Positions 51,352-64,000 of a DNA stretch of 64,000 bases are shown piece by piece. This stretch comes from Antedon mediterranea (Eukaryota; Animalia; Echinodermata), in contig NC_092673.1 of the NCBI RefSeq assembly GCF_964355755.1, forward strand, positions 2,790,001 to 2,854,000, in the 5' to 3' direction. Every line of letters begins with the position of its first letter. Position 1 is the first letter of the stretch. The notes beneath the pieces are model-generated. The model saw nothing but the letters and a program-made list of their open reading frames with translations, was not told the DNA's origin and ran no database searches. The translations under genes were made by a program, and so were the position numbers.

Positions 51352-52280
51352 TGGAACGCCGTTTTACACAAGTTTTTGGCGATGATAAAAATTGCGTCGA
51401 TGATGAAATTTCGTCGATGAAAATTGCATCGACGCAATGTAGATTGCGTCGATGCAATGTAGATTGCGTCGACGCAATTTACATTGCGTCGATGAAAATT
51501 GCATCGATGAAAATTGCGTCGATGAAAATTGCGTCGATGAAAACTGCATCGATGAAAATTGCGTCGATGAAAACTGCATCGATGAAAATTGATGTGATGA
51601 ATTTAATTGATTATGAAAATTCCAAATGGTTTTAATTCAATCAATGATGAAAATGACTACTAGTAAAGTAAATGATGATGTTAATAATGATGTTAATAAT
51701 GTTATTATGTTGCTAAAAATTGACGGTTTCTGAATATTTTGATATGATAAACATGTTTACCGCTTGCGCTTGCGCGCGTTATAGACAAGCGCACAGTGAG
51801 CGCGCACTAAAACAATGTTGAAATATATGCACTGATTAACATTTTAGTGATTTATTGTCAACACATTTTAGCAATGGATCCATTATTGTCCTTTCGGACA
51901 CATTATATCTTCTAGCTAATTGCTTCCGTTAATCCACCAGTTCAGTACATAAAATTCAGATGTCCAGCATCCATGACATCATATTTAAATCATACCGGCA
52001 GGGAGATTGCAAATTTCATCGATGAAAACTGCATCGATGAACATTTTTTTTTTTTCATCGATGCAGTTTTCATCGATGCAGTTTTCATCGACGCAATTTT
52101 CATCGACGCAATTTTCATCACATTAACGCAATTTTCATTACATCGACGCAATTTTCATCGACGCAATGTTCATCACATCATTACATCAATAATATATTCA
52201 TCGACGCAATTTTCATCACATCGACGCAATTTTCATTGCATCATCGACGCGATTTTATCATCGCCTAAACTGGCATTCCA
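51352..52280. mobile_element. TA-flanked foldback-type element with 15 bp subterminal repeats (gatgaaaattgcgtc)
   Basis: Termini TA|TGGAACGCC ... GGCATTCCA|TA. The 15-mer arrays at 51380-51592 and 52012-52265 are reverse complements of each other. Confidence 0.8.
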
Positions 52281-52654
52281 TACTAATTGCGTGTGATCTG
52301 ATTGGTGTATTATAAATAAATTCATCGCGATGAATTTTTCAGTAGATGTAATGAGACAGTTCAGTAGATGTAATGACAGTTAATTTAATTGTTCTGCTCT
52401 TTTTGTACAAATCTATACTACTTTATATTATGGATTTTGTAGTACTGTTAAAATTATTAAATCTCTGGAAGTGTGTTTTACGAGTTACGGAGTATGTCCG
52501 CAAATTTATGCGTTTACGGTTTTAAAATGTGAGTTTTAAATAGCGAACATGATCTTGTTAGATGCACTACGCACGCAGTATTCCAAAATGTCTTACTAAT
52601 TGGGAGAAAATCATATTGTATCATATCATATTATATCCATTCTTTAAATTCATA

Positions 52655-54042
52655 TTCTTTATCCAAAACTAAATTGGTATAGTAAAACACAGTGCTAGCA
52701 ATTTATCATATTATTAAATGTTTCATATTCTTTATCATTGTGTTTTACTCTAATCAAATTGGTATAGTAAAACACAGTGCTAAATTGCTATGTGAATGTC
52801 ATTTATCATATTTTTAAATGTTTCCTATTCTTTATCATTGTGTTTAACTCTAACCAAATTGGTTATAATAAAACACAGTGCTAAATTGCTATGTAAATGT
52901 TATATATCATTTTATTAAATTCCTATTCTTTATCATTGTGTTTTACTCTAACCAAATTGGTTATAGTAAAACACAGTGATAAATTGCTATGTAAATGTAA
53001 TTTATCATATTATTAAATGTTTCCTATTCTTTATCATTGTGTTTTACTCTAACCAAATTGGTTATAGTAAAACACAGTGATAAATTGCTATGTAAATGTA
53101 ATTTATCATGTTATTAAATGTTTCCTATTCTTTATCGTTGAGTTTTACTCTAATCAAATTGGTTATAGTAAAACACAGTGCTAAATTGCTATGTAAATGT
53201 TATATATCATATTATTAAATGTTTCCTATTCTTTATCATTGTGTTTTACTCTAATCTGATTGGTTATAGTAAAACACAGTGCTAAATTGCTATGTGAATG
53301 TCATTTATCATGTTATTAAATGTTTCCTATTCTTTATCATTGTGCTTTACTCTAACCAAATTGGTTATAGTAAAACACAGTGCTAAATTGCTATGTAAAT
53401 GTCATTTATCATGTTATTAAATGTTTCTTATTCTTTATCATTGTGTTTTACTCTAACCAAATTGGTTATAGTAAAACACAGTGATAAATTGCTATGTAAA
53501 TGTAATTTATCATATTATTAAATGTTTCCTATTCTTTATCATTGTGTTTTACTCTAACCAAATTGGTTATAGTAAAACACAGTGATAAATTGCTATGTAA
53601 ATGTAATTTATCATGTTATTAAATGTTTCCTATTCTAATTGCTATGTGAATGTCATTTATCATGTTATTAAATGTTTCCTATTCTTTATCATTGTGCTTT
53701 ACTCTAACCAAATTGGTTATAGTAAAACACAGTGCTAAATTGCTAAATGTCATTTATCATGTTATTAAATGTTTCTTATTCTTTATCATTGTGTTTTACT
53801 CTAACCAAATTGGTTATAGTAAAACACAGTGCTAAATTGCTATGTAAATGTAATTTATCATATTATTAAATGTTTCCTATTCTTTATCATTGTGTTTTAC
53901 TCTAACCAAATTGGTTATAATTTATTTAATTTCATTTCAAAAGACATTTACCTAAATTGCTATTTAAATGTCATTTATCAAATTATTAAATGTTTCCTAT
54001 TATTTATCTGGTTATATAGTAAAACACTGTGCTAAATTGCTA
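52655..54042 (-). repeat. ~100 bp satellite x about 13, right arm (reverse complement of 46905-48830)
   Basis: Unit ctaaattgctatgtaaatgtcatttatcatattattaaatgtttcctattctttatcattgtgttttactctaaccaaattggttatagtaaaacacagtg. Confidence 0.95.
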
Positions 54043-54082
54043 TTGTATTAAGGACGAGTTCCGAGAAGATGTATTCAAAGCT

Positions 54083-54136
54083 ACAACCAATCAGAACAGT
54101 GTTAATCAATATAGTCCATGGCTACAGCCAATCATA
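54083..54136 (+). promoter_or_regulatory. Two CCAAT boxes upstream of PYROXD2
   Basis: AACCAATCAGAA and AGCCAATCA about 40 bp apart, roughly 220-270 bp upstream of the ATG. Confidence 0.45.
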
Positions 54137-54352
54137 AACGTCCAAATCGCAATAACCCCTAGGCTAATAGAAATTATTGGTCCGAGTAGCCTTTTCAACC
54201 AGACGTTGCGAGGTTTAAAAAGTAAAACATGATTTACTCGCCAGTTTGGTATAGTTTATATACCTGGGCTAGGCACGTGTTTCACCATCATCAATAGCGT
54301 ATCAAAACAAAGTTAATATTTGTTGTAAACAAGGTTATTTAACTTTGTAGGT

Positions 54353-57300
54353 ATGTTTTTATCACTAGTACCATCTCAGATAACATGTCTTAGATCTTAT
54401 AAATCGCTAGCTAACCTCTCAAGAGCTGGAAAAAGGCACATTTACTCAAGGCCAACTTCCACCTACTCTACCCCGAACGAAGAACCGAAGACAAGTTACG
54501 ATGCGATCGTTATTGGCGGTGGACATAACGGTCTGGTATCGGTAAGTCAAGGTCTAGGCCTAGACAGGTAAACAATTGTTTGAGTGAAATAAGGCCATTT
54601 CTTGAATCATCATATTATTTGATGACAAGTTAAAGTTTAGGTTATTGGAATTTGCAATATAACATTGAATTATAATTAATTAAATGTCAAAAATATTTAT
54701 TATTATTTTTTATTATTTTACCCAACAACAGGCTGCATATTTACAGAAAGCTGGTTTGAATACTGTAGTACTTGAGAAAAGGCATGTGATTGGTGGAGCT
54801 TCCGTCACTGAAGAACTAATTCCAGGTGAAATTCCGCAATGCATGCGTGAATACGTACGAACAGAGTTTCCACTATGTATGGATACTAGTTTTCGTGTTA
54901 TTTTATGTTCAAATTGCGTAGCGCAAGTTCAAATTGCACAATTTAAAGATCTTTGAGCAATTTCAAATTGCGCATAACACATGTAAGGTAAAATCTAACT
55001 GTCTCTTCATTTTTACTGACTTTCAAGAGTGTGACAGCATGGAGCTCTAATTCTATAGCTCCATGGTGACGACAGTATAATCTGGTCTGAAAAAATACTT
55101 AAATACTTTAAAATAGTAAATGTATTTTATTTAACTTTTTTAAGGATTCAAATTTTCTCGATGCTCATATGTCCTAAGCCTGTTAAGACCAGATATTTAT
55201 GACGATCTAGAATTGAAGGTTAGTGTCAAATTAGTGAAATTAAGTAATGAAAATATTTGTTTAATTTGTATTTTTTAAGTTGTTTTTTACATAAATTTTA
55301 AATGAAGTATCTTTCCATTCAGTTTCATTTTAACTAACAAAATAAAATACATTACAAACAATTCTATACCAAGTATTTAAAATTCTATGTTTTTTTTATT
55401 CAGAGACATGGATTGAAAATTCACTTCCGTGAATACAACGCTTTCACACCTATTCTTGAAGATCCTGTCGTTGGAGGTCATCCAAGGTCATTGCTTCTGG
55501 GTTCACATGATGATGAAAATTATAAACAAATTGCTCAGTTTTCAAAAAAAGATGCTAAGGTTAGAACATATGACAAATATTTGATAATGATAAGATTAAA
55601 CGAGAACTTGCTACTGTAAAGGCCAATTTACAGTAATGGTAAGTGGAAAACCATGTAGCTTGTCCCACATAGAATCTATCTATCCTAAGTGGAAACCGGC
55701 CATCCATTCTGCGTTGTGTGTAAATGGTCATAAGAAATGACATATGTTCTATATTGTTATTACCATTAACGCTTGTCTATGGAAATTGGCCTTATAAGCA
55801 GTAAATTATATATTAAATATATTTGTGTTGTTCAAAAGTACAGTACAATAATGTATCACTTTTCTTCCCAGAATTATCCAATTTATGAACATCAGCTTCT
55901 GAATATGGCCAAAGCGCTTGGACCTCTACTGGACAATTCTCCAATAAATCTTGGAAACATGACAGGTTCCCTATTACAGAAGTTGGAGGAGGTGCACTCG
56001 CTAAAGGCCCTACTCTCCACAGGTAATATTTAAAGTATATTTTATAATCTGTATTTTTGTAATTATTGTTCATGATTCCTCATCTTGAAGAAATAATGTC
56101 TTCCTTATAGATATATTGGATTTTTTTGTTGAATATGCCATTTTAAAATACATCTTTATGTTTCATTACTAATCTTGGGATATTCTGAAGTTGATGCCAT
56201 AAATATTATTATATTTATATATATATATAATTATATTTTTTATGTTAAAGGGCAAGGGATTGGATCGGATCTGCCAGCTTTCTATGAACTGCTCACTGCA
56301 CCAGCTATAAAGGTATAGGATGTAAATACAGTTTAATAGTGCTATTAGGCTGTGATGAGAGATTCATTAAACGTTTAAATATAAACATTGTCTGTTACTG
56401 TATACAGTTTTTGCTTTTATTTATTATATAACTTTACGTTATTAGTTATAGTTTATGTACAGTATTGAAATCATCTTCCCATACAGGTTCTTGAAAAGTG
56501 GTTTGAATCGGAGCCTTTGAAAGCAACATTGGCAACTGATGCAGTAATTGGAGCCATGTTGAGTCCAAGCACGCCAGGCAGTGGGTATGTTTTAGCAGGC
56601 TTGAATGAGTATTCGAATCTTCTGACCTCAGGAGCAGTTGTGTAATGCATGGGGCAAAGGCCCCTGGCTTAGCACTCCTAAGAGGACCTCCAATGCTGGG
56701 TAGTTGTATTTGGGTTCCTATTGCACTGGAACCTCCAATGCTGGGTAGTTGGATTGGGGCTGCTCATGCCTGGGACTCCAACATGCACTGGGATCTTTAA
56801 CGCTGGTTAGTTGCATTGGAGCTGCACTTGGCCCCTTAAGCTCTGGAGCATCTGGGTTTAGCCAGTGAGTGCTCATAGCAGTACTGCTTAGGAGAACTAT
56901 GAATATTATTGTATCATCATTTTACTAACATTTCAGTTCAAGCAACAATTAACTCTTGTGCTCTTTTGTTAACAGCATACAAATAATGAATTTGTATGAG
57001 TTGAGTAAAGAGAATATTATGAGTTAAAAAATTCACTGTTTTTTTTAGTCAGGCTTTTAAAGAATGAAATATTCTCTCCATTCAACAAATACAAAATGTT
57101 CATTATTTATTTATATTTATTACTAAAGTAAACTTTTATTCAATAAATCTGCTTCTTCCGTCTTCAATATTGAAGGCTATATAATATAACATTTAATTGC
57201 ACTTTCAATTTATTAATAAACCATGCTTATATCATCATACTAATGGTATTGTTTTTTTAGCTATGTTTTGCTACATCATGTCATGGGTGAATTAGAGGGT

Positions 57301-60300
57301 AAAATAGGAGCATGGGGGTATGTTGAAGGGGGAAATGGTGCGCTTTCTGAGTGCATTGGTAAATCTGCTAAAGAACACGGTGCCACTATTTTAACAGAAA
57401 AGGTGAGAACATTGCAGAAAATGCTAAAACATAGTAGTGGTACATTACATTCTGTATACTGTACAATCAAGCAAAAAAAAGTTTAATTAGCAGAAATTGT
57501 AATAATTAAATTATTTATGTTATCATCATTGTACTATTTATTGTACTATTTACTATAAATCACCAAGTTTTTATCCCTTAATTGTGTATGCACTATGAAT
57601 TATTTTTCTAGTCTAATCTGTAGTATCATTTTGAGTTTTACAATTCTTTTTCATAATTGATTTAAATCTCTATTCCACTAAGTAATCTTTAACATTTTTA
57701 GCCAGTGTCTTCAATAATGTTAAATGCTGATAACAAAGCATGTGGCGTTGTCTTAGAGGATGGTACAGAGATCCACAGTCACATTATACTATCAAACGCT
57801 ACACCACATGTGACGTACAAACAGCTTGTGCCAGAGGGATCCCTTCCCAGTGACTTTGTTGAAGAAGTCAATAAAATTGATTATACTTCACCAGTTACAA
57901 AGATAAATGGTGAGAAATATGTTACTTCTTAAAGCTCTGTCTATACTGTCAAACAAAAAAGTGTGATGTGCCCAAATATGGTAGTGATATGCCCAAATAT
58001 AGTAGTGATATGACATCATCATGTTCATATATGGGCAAATCACATTATTTTGTCACATAAAGTTTGATAGTGTAGACAGTGCTTTATGTAATTTATTTTA
58101 TCATAGTTCACATTTGATATATTTTGTTTACCTTGTTTTTGAAGCAATAACATGTAAAAAGTGTTCCCCGAATTGGTGGTGGTCACAGTGCTAAAACATG
58201 CAAAACATCAACTTTCCCAATACCGGACACCTTTGAGCTAATATGCATGGTTTTCCTTAAAGTCTGGTATTCGGAATGTGTTTTTAATGGTAAAAGGGAA
58301 TTTAATACCTTTTGGTCCTTAAGAGAAGTCTGGTATTGGGAGAGTTTCCGGTTTTCAGAGACTCCGGTATTGGGAGAGATGACTGTATTATTAGTGTTCT
58401 CTTAATAGGATTGTCATCTGTGTTGAAGTGTCTCAAATGAGGAGTTCTACTATATAGTTTTAATTAGACAATGCCTTTTTATTGTTTCTTTTTGCCAGTG
58501 AAACCATAGGAAATGCCGTTTGTATATGTATTTTAGTTAAATGATGATTTTACATTTCAGTGGCTGTTGATCGCATACCTAATTTTCTTGCAATGCCTAC
58601 ACCAAAGAACAAACCAGGCCCACACCATGGTTGTACAATTCATCTTAACTCAGAGACTTGTCCAATGATAGAGGATGCATACAAGGTGGCTATGGAGGGC
58701 AAACTCCCTGAAAAGTAAGTATCATGTGCCCTTTTAAAAAAAATAAGTATGTTACCACAACAACACCCGTCCCCACAGTGCCATAACACCACACCACACC
58801 CCCCACCTCTTGTGAAACATGTCATCAATCTATTTTTTTCCAAAAACATTTTTTTTTCAAATTTTAGGCCAATGATAGAGATGTGTATACCATCGTCCTT
58901 GGATCCTACCATTTCACCAGAGGGTCGTCATGTAATCTCGTTGTTCACTCAATACACACCATATCATTTCAAAGATGGGCGTGATTGGGATGGAGATATG
59001 ATGGATAAATACAGAGACATAGGTAACTAATTTAATCACTTTGTTTGTTTCAATTAATACATTTTCTGTCTTGTTTGACATTTTTTAGTGGTCTAAGTAC
59101 AAATATAGGTGTTTATAATGAGTGTTTTACCTTGTTTGTAATTCCAGTATTTGATGGCATTGAGAATTATGCCCCTGGGTTCAAAGACAGCGTAATTGGT
59201 GCTGATGTTCTTCCGCCTCCTGAACTAGAAAGAATATTTGGACTAACAGGAGGGGTAAGTAATTGGTTTATGCAAGGCAAACTAACAACAGGACACTGGG
59301 CTCGCCTTGCCAAGATAGGAACTCGTAACAGTCCTTTGATCTTATGTCTGGCTGCAACAAATACCAACAGTACTGTACTATGTACATATTCTCTCTGATG
59401 CTCTGTGTCTGTTAAGAGGAGTGGAACTGATCGTGTTGCAGCCACAGATAAACACTTTGATCTCCTGAGCTCAGCATCCTGTTGTTAGATTGACTTGGTT
59501 TATGTAATAAAAATAACTATGTAATAATATAATTGATTTTTAGATAACTACAGTATTCGTTTATTAATTTTTCCATTAATACAATTCAATTCCTGTTGTA
59601 TCCTAAATAATTTAAATAATTTTCTAAATCCGATATTTTTCTTTTATAGAATATTTTCCATGGTGCTATGTCTCTAGACCAGTTATACTTTGCTAGACCG
59701 GTTTCATCTAGAACTGGATACCGGTCTCCACTAAGCGGTCTTTATCTCTGTGGTAGTGGTGCCCATCCAGGTAATGAAGCCCTCAACATGTTATTGGCAT
59801 TATCACGAGTGGAGTTGTGGCTTGGTGGTTATGATGCTGGGCTAGCAATTCAACGGTCCTGGGTTTAAGTTCTGTCATATGTCAGGACATTTTTCTAATG
59901 ACAAATCACAACTCCACTCCCAAAGGCTTGTAATAAGACTTTGTTTATGTAGAGCATCTTGTGTATATGTTGTCTTGTGAATGGGATTGCCACCTTTAAG
60001 AAGGATAGTGAATGAATTTGCTTATGGTTATCCTTGACAATGTGCCTAAATATATAAAAACATAACAAACAAAAACAAAACAAACATCAATTACTTTAAG
60101 TCATGGAAAATATGGCTTTCATTATAAAGTCATGGAAAGAAAGAAAATATATTTTTATTTTTATTTATTTATTTATTCGGTATATAAAAATATATTACAA
60201 AACGTCAGTCAAGGACTGAAATGAATTGTATTACAAATAACTAAAAATTAGTTAAAATTGCTATAAAAATAGAAACATCTTATTAAAATTAGATATCGTA

Positions 60301-60608
60301 CCATAAAATTATAAAACATACATGAATAAAAAACCTTAAAACATTCACTTATTACTTATATAAGATGACGCCATTTTTACAGTTATTTTGCATTAATATC
60401 TGTCATGTGAAACTGATCAAAAGTCATGTGGTTTTTGCTGTACATTTTATGGAAAGTCATGGAAACTCTGTATGAACCCTGTTGTAATGAATACAGAATT
60501 TTTCTTTTCTCAGGTGGTGGTGTGATGGGAGCACCTGGACGAAATGCTGCAAGTGTTGCCATTAAAGATCTGAAGCAGAAACGAAAACGGATAAAGATTA
60601 TTAAGTGA
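54353..60608 (+). CDS. PYROXD2: Pyridine nucleotide-disulfide oxidoreductase domain-containing protein 2 (phytoene-dehydrogenase-like), about 14 coding exons
   Basis: Exons approx. 54353-54541, 54732-54826, 55145-55218, 55404-55559, 55872-56022, 56250-56311, 56488-56584, 57261-57402, 57702-57909, 58561-58714, 58868-59022, 59148-59253, 59651-59770 and 60514-60608. Motifs: [50 protein letters not shown]...[59 protein letters not shown]. Confidence 0.95.
59272..59498. mobile_element. Non-autonomous TIR element
   Basis: Ends caaggcaaactaacaacagga and tcctgttgttagattgacttg are imperfect inverted repeats. A second copy lies at about 26000-26185. Confidence 0.7.
59807..60040 (+). mobile_element. 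tRNA-derived SINE, near full-length
   Basis: Same head as the 1810 copy (gagtggagttgtggcttggtggttatgatgc...gtcctgggtt). The 3' half matches the reverse complement of 10280-10375. Confidence 0.75.
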
Positions 60609-60960
60609 TTGATTCAACGTGTAATTTAATGGCTATAATAGTTATAAACAAATCTTGTTATATATAATTACAAAACAGGTGTATTAATAGACAGAAGTGG
60701 AGTTGACAGGTCGCAGTTCCTCGGAGATGGGTTCAGCTACAAAACATTTTTTTTTAAATGCATAATATATATATATGGTAGTGGTCTAATTTTATGCAGG
60801 AGTGATATTGTTTTTAGCATAGTAGTGTCCATAAGCGCTAACTGTATACAGTCAGTAGCCACCATTTGTGATCTAGTATCATGGTTACAAGGACCAGTAA
60901 CAGGTACACATCCAAATATTTAAAATGTACATGACACAATCTATGCAGTGTAATGCAGTG

Positions 60961-61200
60961 TAATAATAATAATAATAAATAACATTTATAAAGCGCAAGA
61001 GACAAAGGTTTCAAAGCGCTGTGTTTTCCAAGATCTGTACAAGTAATAGCGTGTGATTATGCTTCTCTGAAGAGATGAGTTTTGAGTTTAGTTTTAAATG
61101 TGATTACAGATTTTGATGAGCGTATTTCGAGGGGTAGAGTGTTCCAGAGTTTAGGGGCTGCTACGGCGAAAGCACGATCACCGTAAAACCGAGTGTAGTG
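60961..61200 (-). mobile_element. L2-clade LINE 3' end
   Basis: TRFYGDRAFAVAAPKLWNTLPLEIRSSKSVITFKTKLKTHLF is the typical L2/CR1-type ORF2 C-terminus. It is followed by a gcgcttt...gcgctttataaat 3' motif and a (tta)n tail. Confidence 0.85.
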
Positions 61201-64000
61201 TGTAATGTTATGACCAGTGTAGTAAAATGTGAATTTAATGTCTTGAAAACAGATTCTTAAAATATTTATAGCCCATTTATTATCAACCATGTTTGAAAAG
61301 CAGTTATTTTCTGTCAAGTCAACGTTGTAAGTAAATATTTATACTGTAATATGTACATAATATTTTAGATAGACAGGGTTAGATGTGAATATAGTGTGAG
61401 TACTGTGAAACACATACTGTACATAGTAATACATTCGTAAATAAATTAATGTATGTATTTTTAATACTCTTGTTGCATAGTGTTATTGATTATTATTGGC
61501 ATGGATTATTGATTATTGGTATGGATAATTGATTTGTGTTTCGTAGTCACCAACGTCATCATTCATCCACAGAAAGTTGATGTAGTTTCACACCAAAATG
61601 TCACTCTCTTTATTACCAAAAAGCTATAGGCCTTAAGAACAGTTTATTTGAACCTGTGATACACTTTTGTACCTGAAGTGAAAGGTCACACATAACCTCA
61701 AAGCAAATACACGTTATTATAACATTCACAATAGGCCTACTGTAATTGACAGTGTCAATTTTTATAATCACTTATCAAGGTTTTGACAAACTTTGCATTT
61801 GTACAGCGCATGTTCACCCGTACTGTAGGCTTACTTATTACGTCATATCTTGGTCAAGTACCCCTTGATATATTACCTGAACTAGGTAAGGCGGCGTTTG
61901 ATGTTTTCCGAATTAATTTACCAACCCGGTGCACAAACTAGCGAAAGTCAAATCGGCGCAGGGACGTTTAACCGACACATCGTAACTAACAGTAGTTATG
62001 AACAATTAACCATAAGTTATTCAATTATATTATCAAAGTTCGTATACTTTTGGAACCATGCGATGTACGACAACTTCATCTACAAGAGGGCTCTTTAAAA
62101 TGATGGTGATTTCTGTAGCATTGCTGTATGCTAATTCAGGTAAATAATTGTCTTCAACTAACATGAGTTATTACGTTAAATCAGGGACGAGTTAAACTCC
62201 TCTCCTCCCTGGTTACATCGTTCTTTATTAGGTTATATGCATGATATGCATATAACCTCTTGATTCTGTCAAAATCTTTATTTATTTATTTATTTATTTA
62301 TTTATTCTTTCCTTAGCACTATTTTGTCCGTGCATTATCTTGGCATCAGTTTAATCTAGCTAAGTCAAGTTTTCAGAGTATATTCCTTATGGCCAGGAAT
62401 CGATGTGGTTATATTTTCACGATGCGTAATCAAAAATTACGCGGTCTACGCGCGATTTTACGAAATCACGTTTGTAATCATATCTTCACAAGCATGAATC
62501 ACAATTAAACAAAATTTGGTACTCATAAATTTCAGGTCATATTTCATCATATGGCAATACAATTACGTGCGTAGCGCATATAACGCTTGCGTACGCGCGC
62601 TTAAAATGTTCAAAATTGTCAAAATTTATTTTCGATGAAATTAGAGTACGTTTCAGGCAATTTTAAGCGTTTAAAAAATTGCCATGAGTGCGCAAATTTT
62701 TGCACGCGCACTGCGCGTTAAACGTTAATGCGCACTCTTTTTGCCCGATTTCTGTTTTACAATCTTTCTTTAATAATATCATCATATTTGATTCAGGTTT
62801 CAACTCGGAATTGCGTTATACGAGCACGTCAAAAGTGATTGGCTACGCACGTATAAGTTAACAAAATGGTGAAAATATGCTAAATTTTTAAATTAATATA
62901 TATTGTCAGAATGCAGGGGAACACCTATTTTTTATTTCATTTTCTTGAAGTGTATGTATCATATGTATGATTTATTATCAAATTAAGAGAACCAAAGTTG
63001 ATTAAGTCATCATTAATTGCATATTAAATTTAAAAAAAATAATTTCGACAATCAAACAAATTATGACATTTTCTTAGGCCAAAATAACAAACTTAACATT
63101 AACTTTCTTCCTTCAAAAGTTCATATATTAAAGTTAAAAGTATGTAGTTTGACAGTGCATCATTTGTTTACATTTTAAAGATGTCATCATAGTAAAAAAT
63201 TATAATTCATTTCGGTATGTAATAATCTATTTGCATCAAAGTGGTTACTGCATAGTAAATACACGGAGGAATCTTTCTACAAATTTTAGTCAGTTGTGTA
63301 TGGCTCGGTGGTCTGTGCTCGTGTCTATGGCATTCAAGGTACCGAGATCGAGTCTCACCTTGGGAAACGAAATAAGATTTTTTTTTTATTATCCGTATTG
63401 TTTGTTCAAATTTATTTCTTAGTGTATAGATTATACACATGATTTATAATGAAATCTAGATAAAAATTAACTTATGTCTTTATTATTATGTAACAACAAA
63501 TGTGGTTTATGACATTATACGCATATGGATCTTTGATCGGATTGTGATACCGGCTATGGTGTTCGCGTTAGCAAGGTACTAGGTCCTATCATATATTATA
63601 AATAATTAAAGATTCTGAGAAAATCAATCAATCAATATATCTTTTAAAAATCAATTATCTTTATTTAAATCAATGCATATAACCTATAATTCGTCATAGT
63701 GACGAATTAAATCTAGTTCATATTCTTGTCATATTACATTCATATATTATTTTGTTTATTTCTTATTTACTATAATCATTACCAATGTAAACAGTTGCAG
63801 CAATCAAATTTGGAGACTTTACTAAAATGTGTTTCTGAGTTAACTGTTCATAACAGATTGATAATAAATGATTATCTCTCTCACAAGCCTATAAGACCTA
63901 TAAAGTCTATTTGAACGTTTACAAGTGAGTTTTAAGAAGACTTAAGCTCTGTGTACACTATCAAACTAGTTTGACAAAAAAAGTGTGATGTGCCCAAATA

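Noticed and set aside
51099-52296. ORFs with MKIAS / FIDAI repeats as a possible transposase
   Set aside because: They are translations of the 15 bp repeat, with no DDE or other domain motifs.
62240-63200. CpG-rich stretch resembling a transposon interior, similar in style to 51720-51960
   Set aside because: It is probably a repeat, but I could not define termini or a coding remnant.

Overview
AT-rich, intron-rich animal (invertebrate) genomic DNA, not prokaryotic. The ORF track mostly shows exon fragments, so I rebuilt genes by hand from GT-AG splice sites. Conserved genes, left to right: PSTK (+, 80-2841), AUP1 (-, 4200-11029), a vesicular monoamine transporter of the SLC18A1/A2 type (+, 18249-30879), a short SRA/YDG-only protein (-, 42577-45782) and PYROXD2 (+, 54353-60608). 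The most unusual content is a tandem pair of related secreted-protein genes. Gene A (32577-37140, about 915 aa) has a signal peptide, RxR sites, Trp-rich WxxW repeats, about 137 uninterrupted Gly-X-Y triplets (GPQ/GGQ/GSQ) and a C-terminal Spaetzle/neurotrophin-like cystine knot that only appears after splicing. Gene B (40141-42054) has the same exon structure but lacks the collagen-like tract, carries an in-frame TGA, and has lost knot cysteines in predicted disulfide pairs. Other notable items: an intronless ORF with a PD-(D/E)xK-like motif nested antisense in an AUP1 intron; a ~7 kb nested foldback structure between the head-to-head SRA and PYROXD2 genes; Penelope-type hammerhead-like motifs; several minisatellites; and dense MITE, SINE and L2 fragments. 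Family assignments come from motif recognition without database searches. Exon coordinates are hand-counted and may be off by a few bases.
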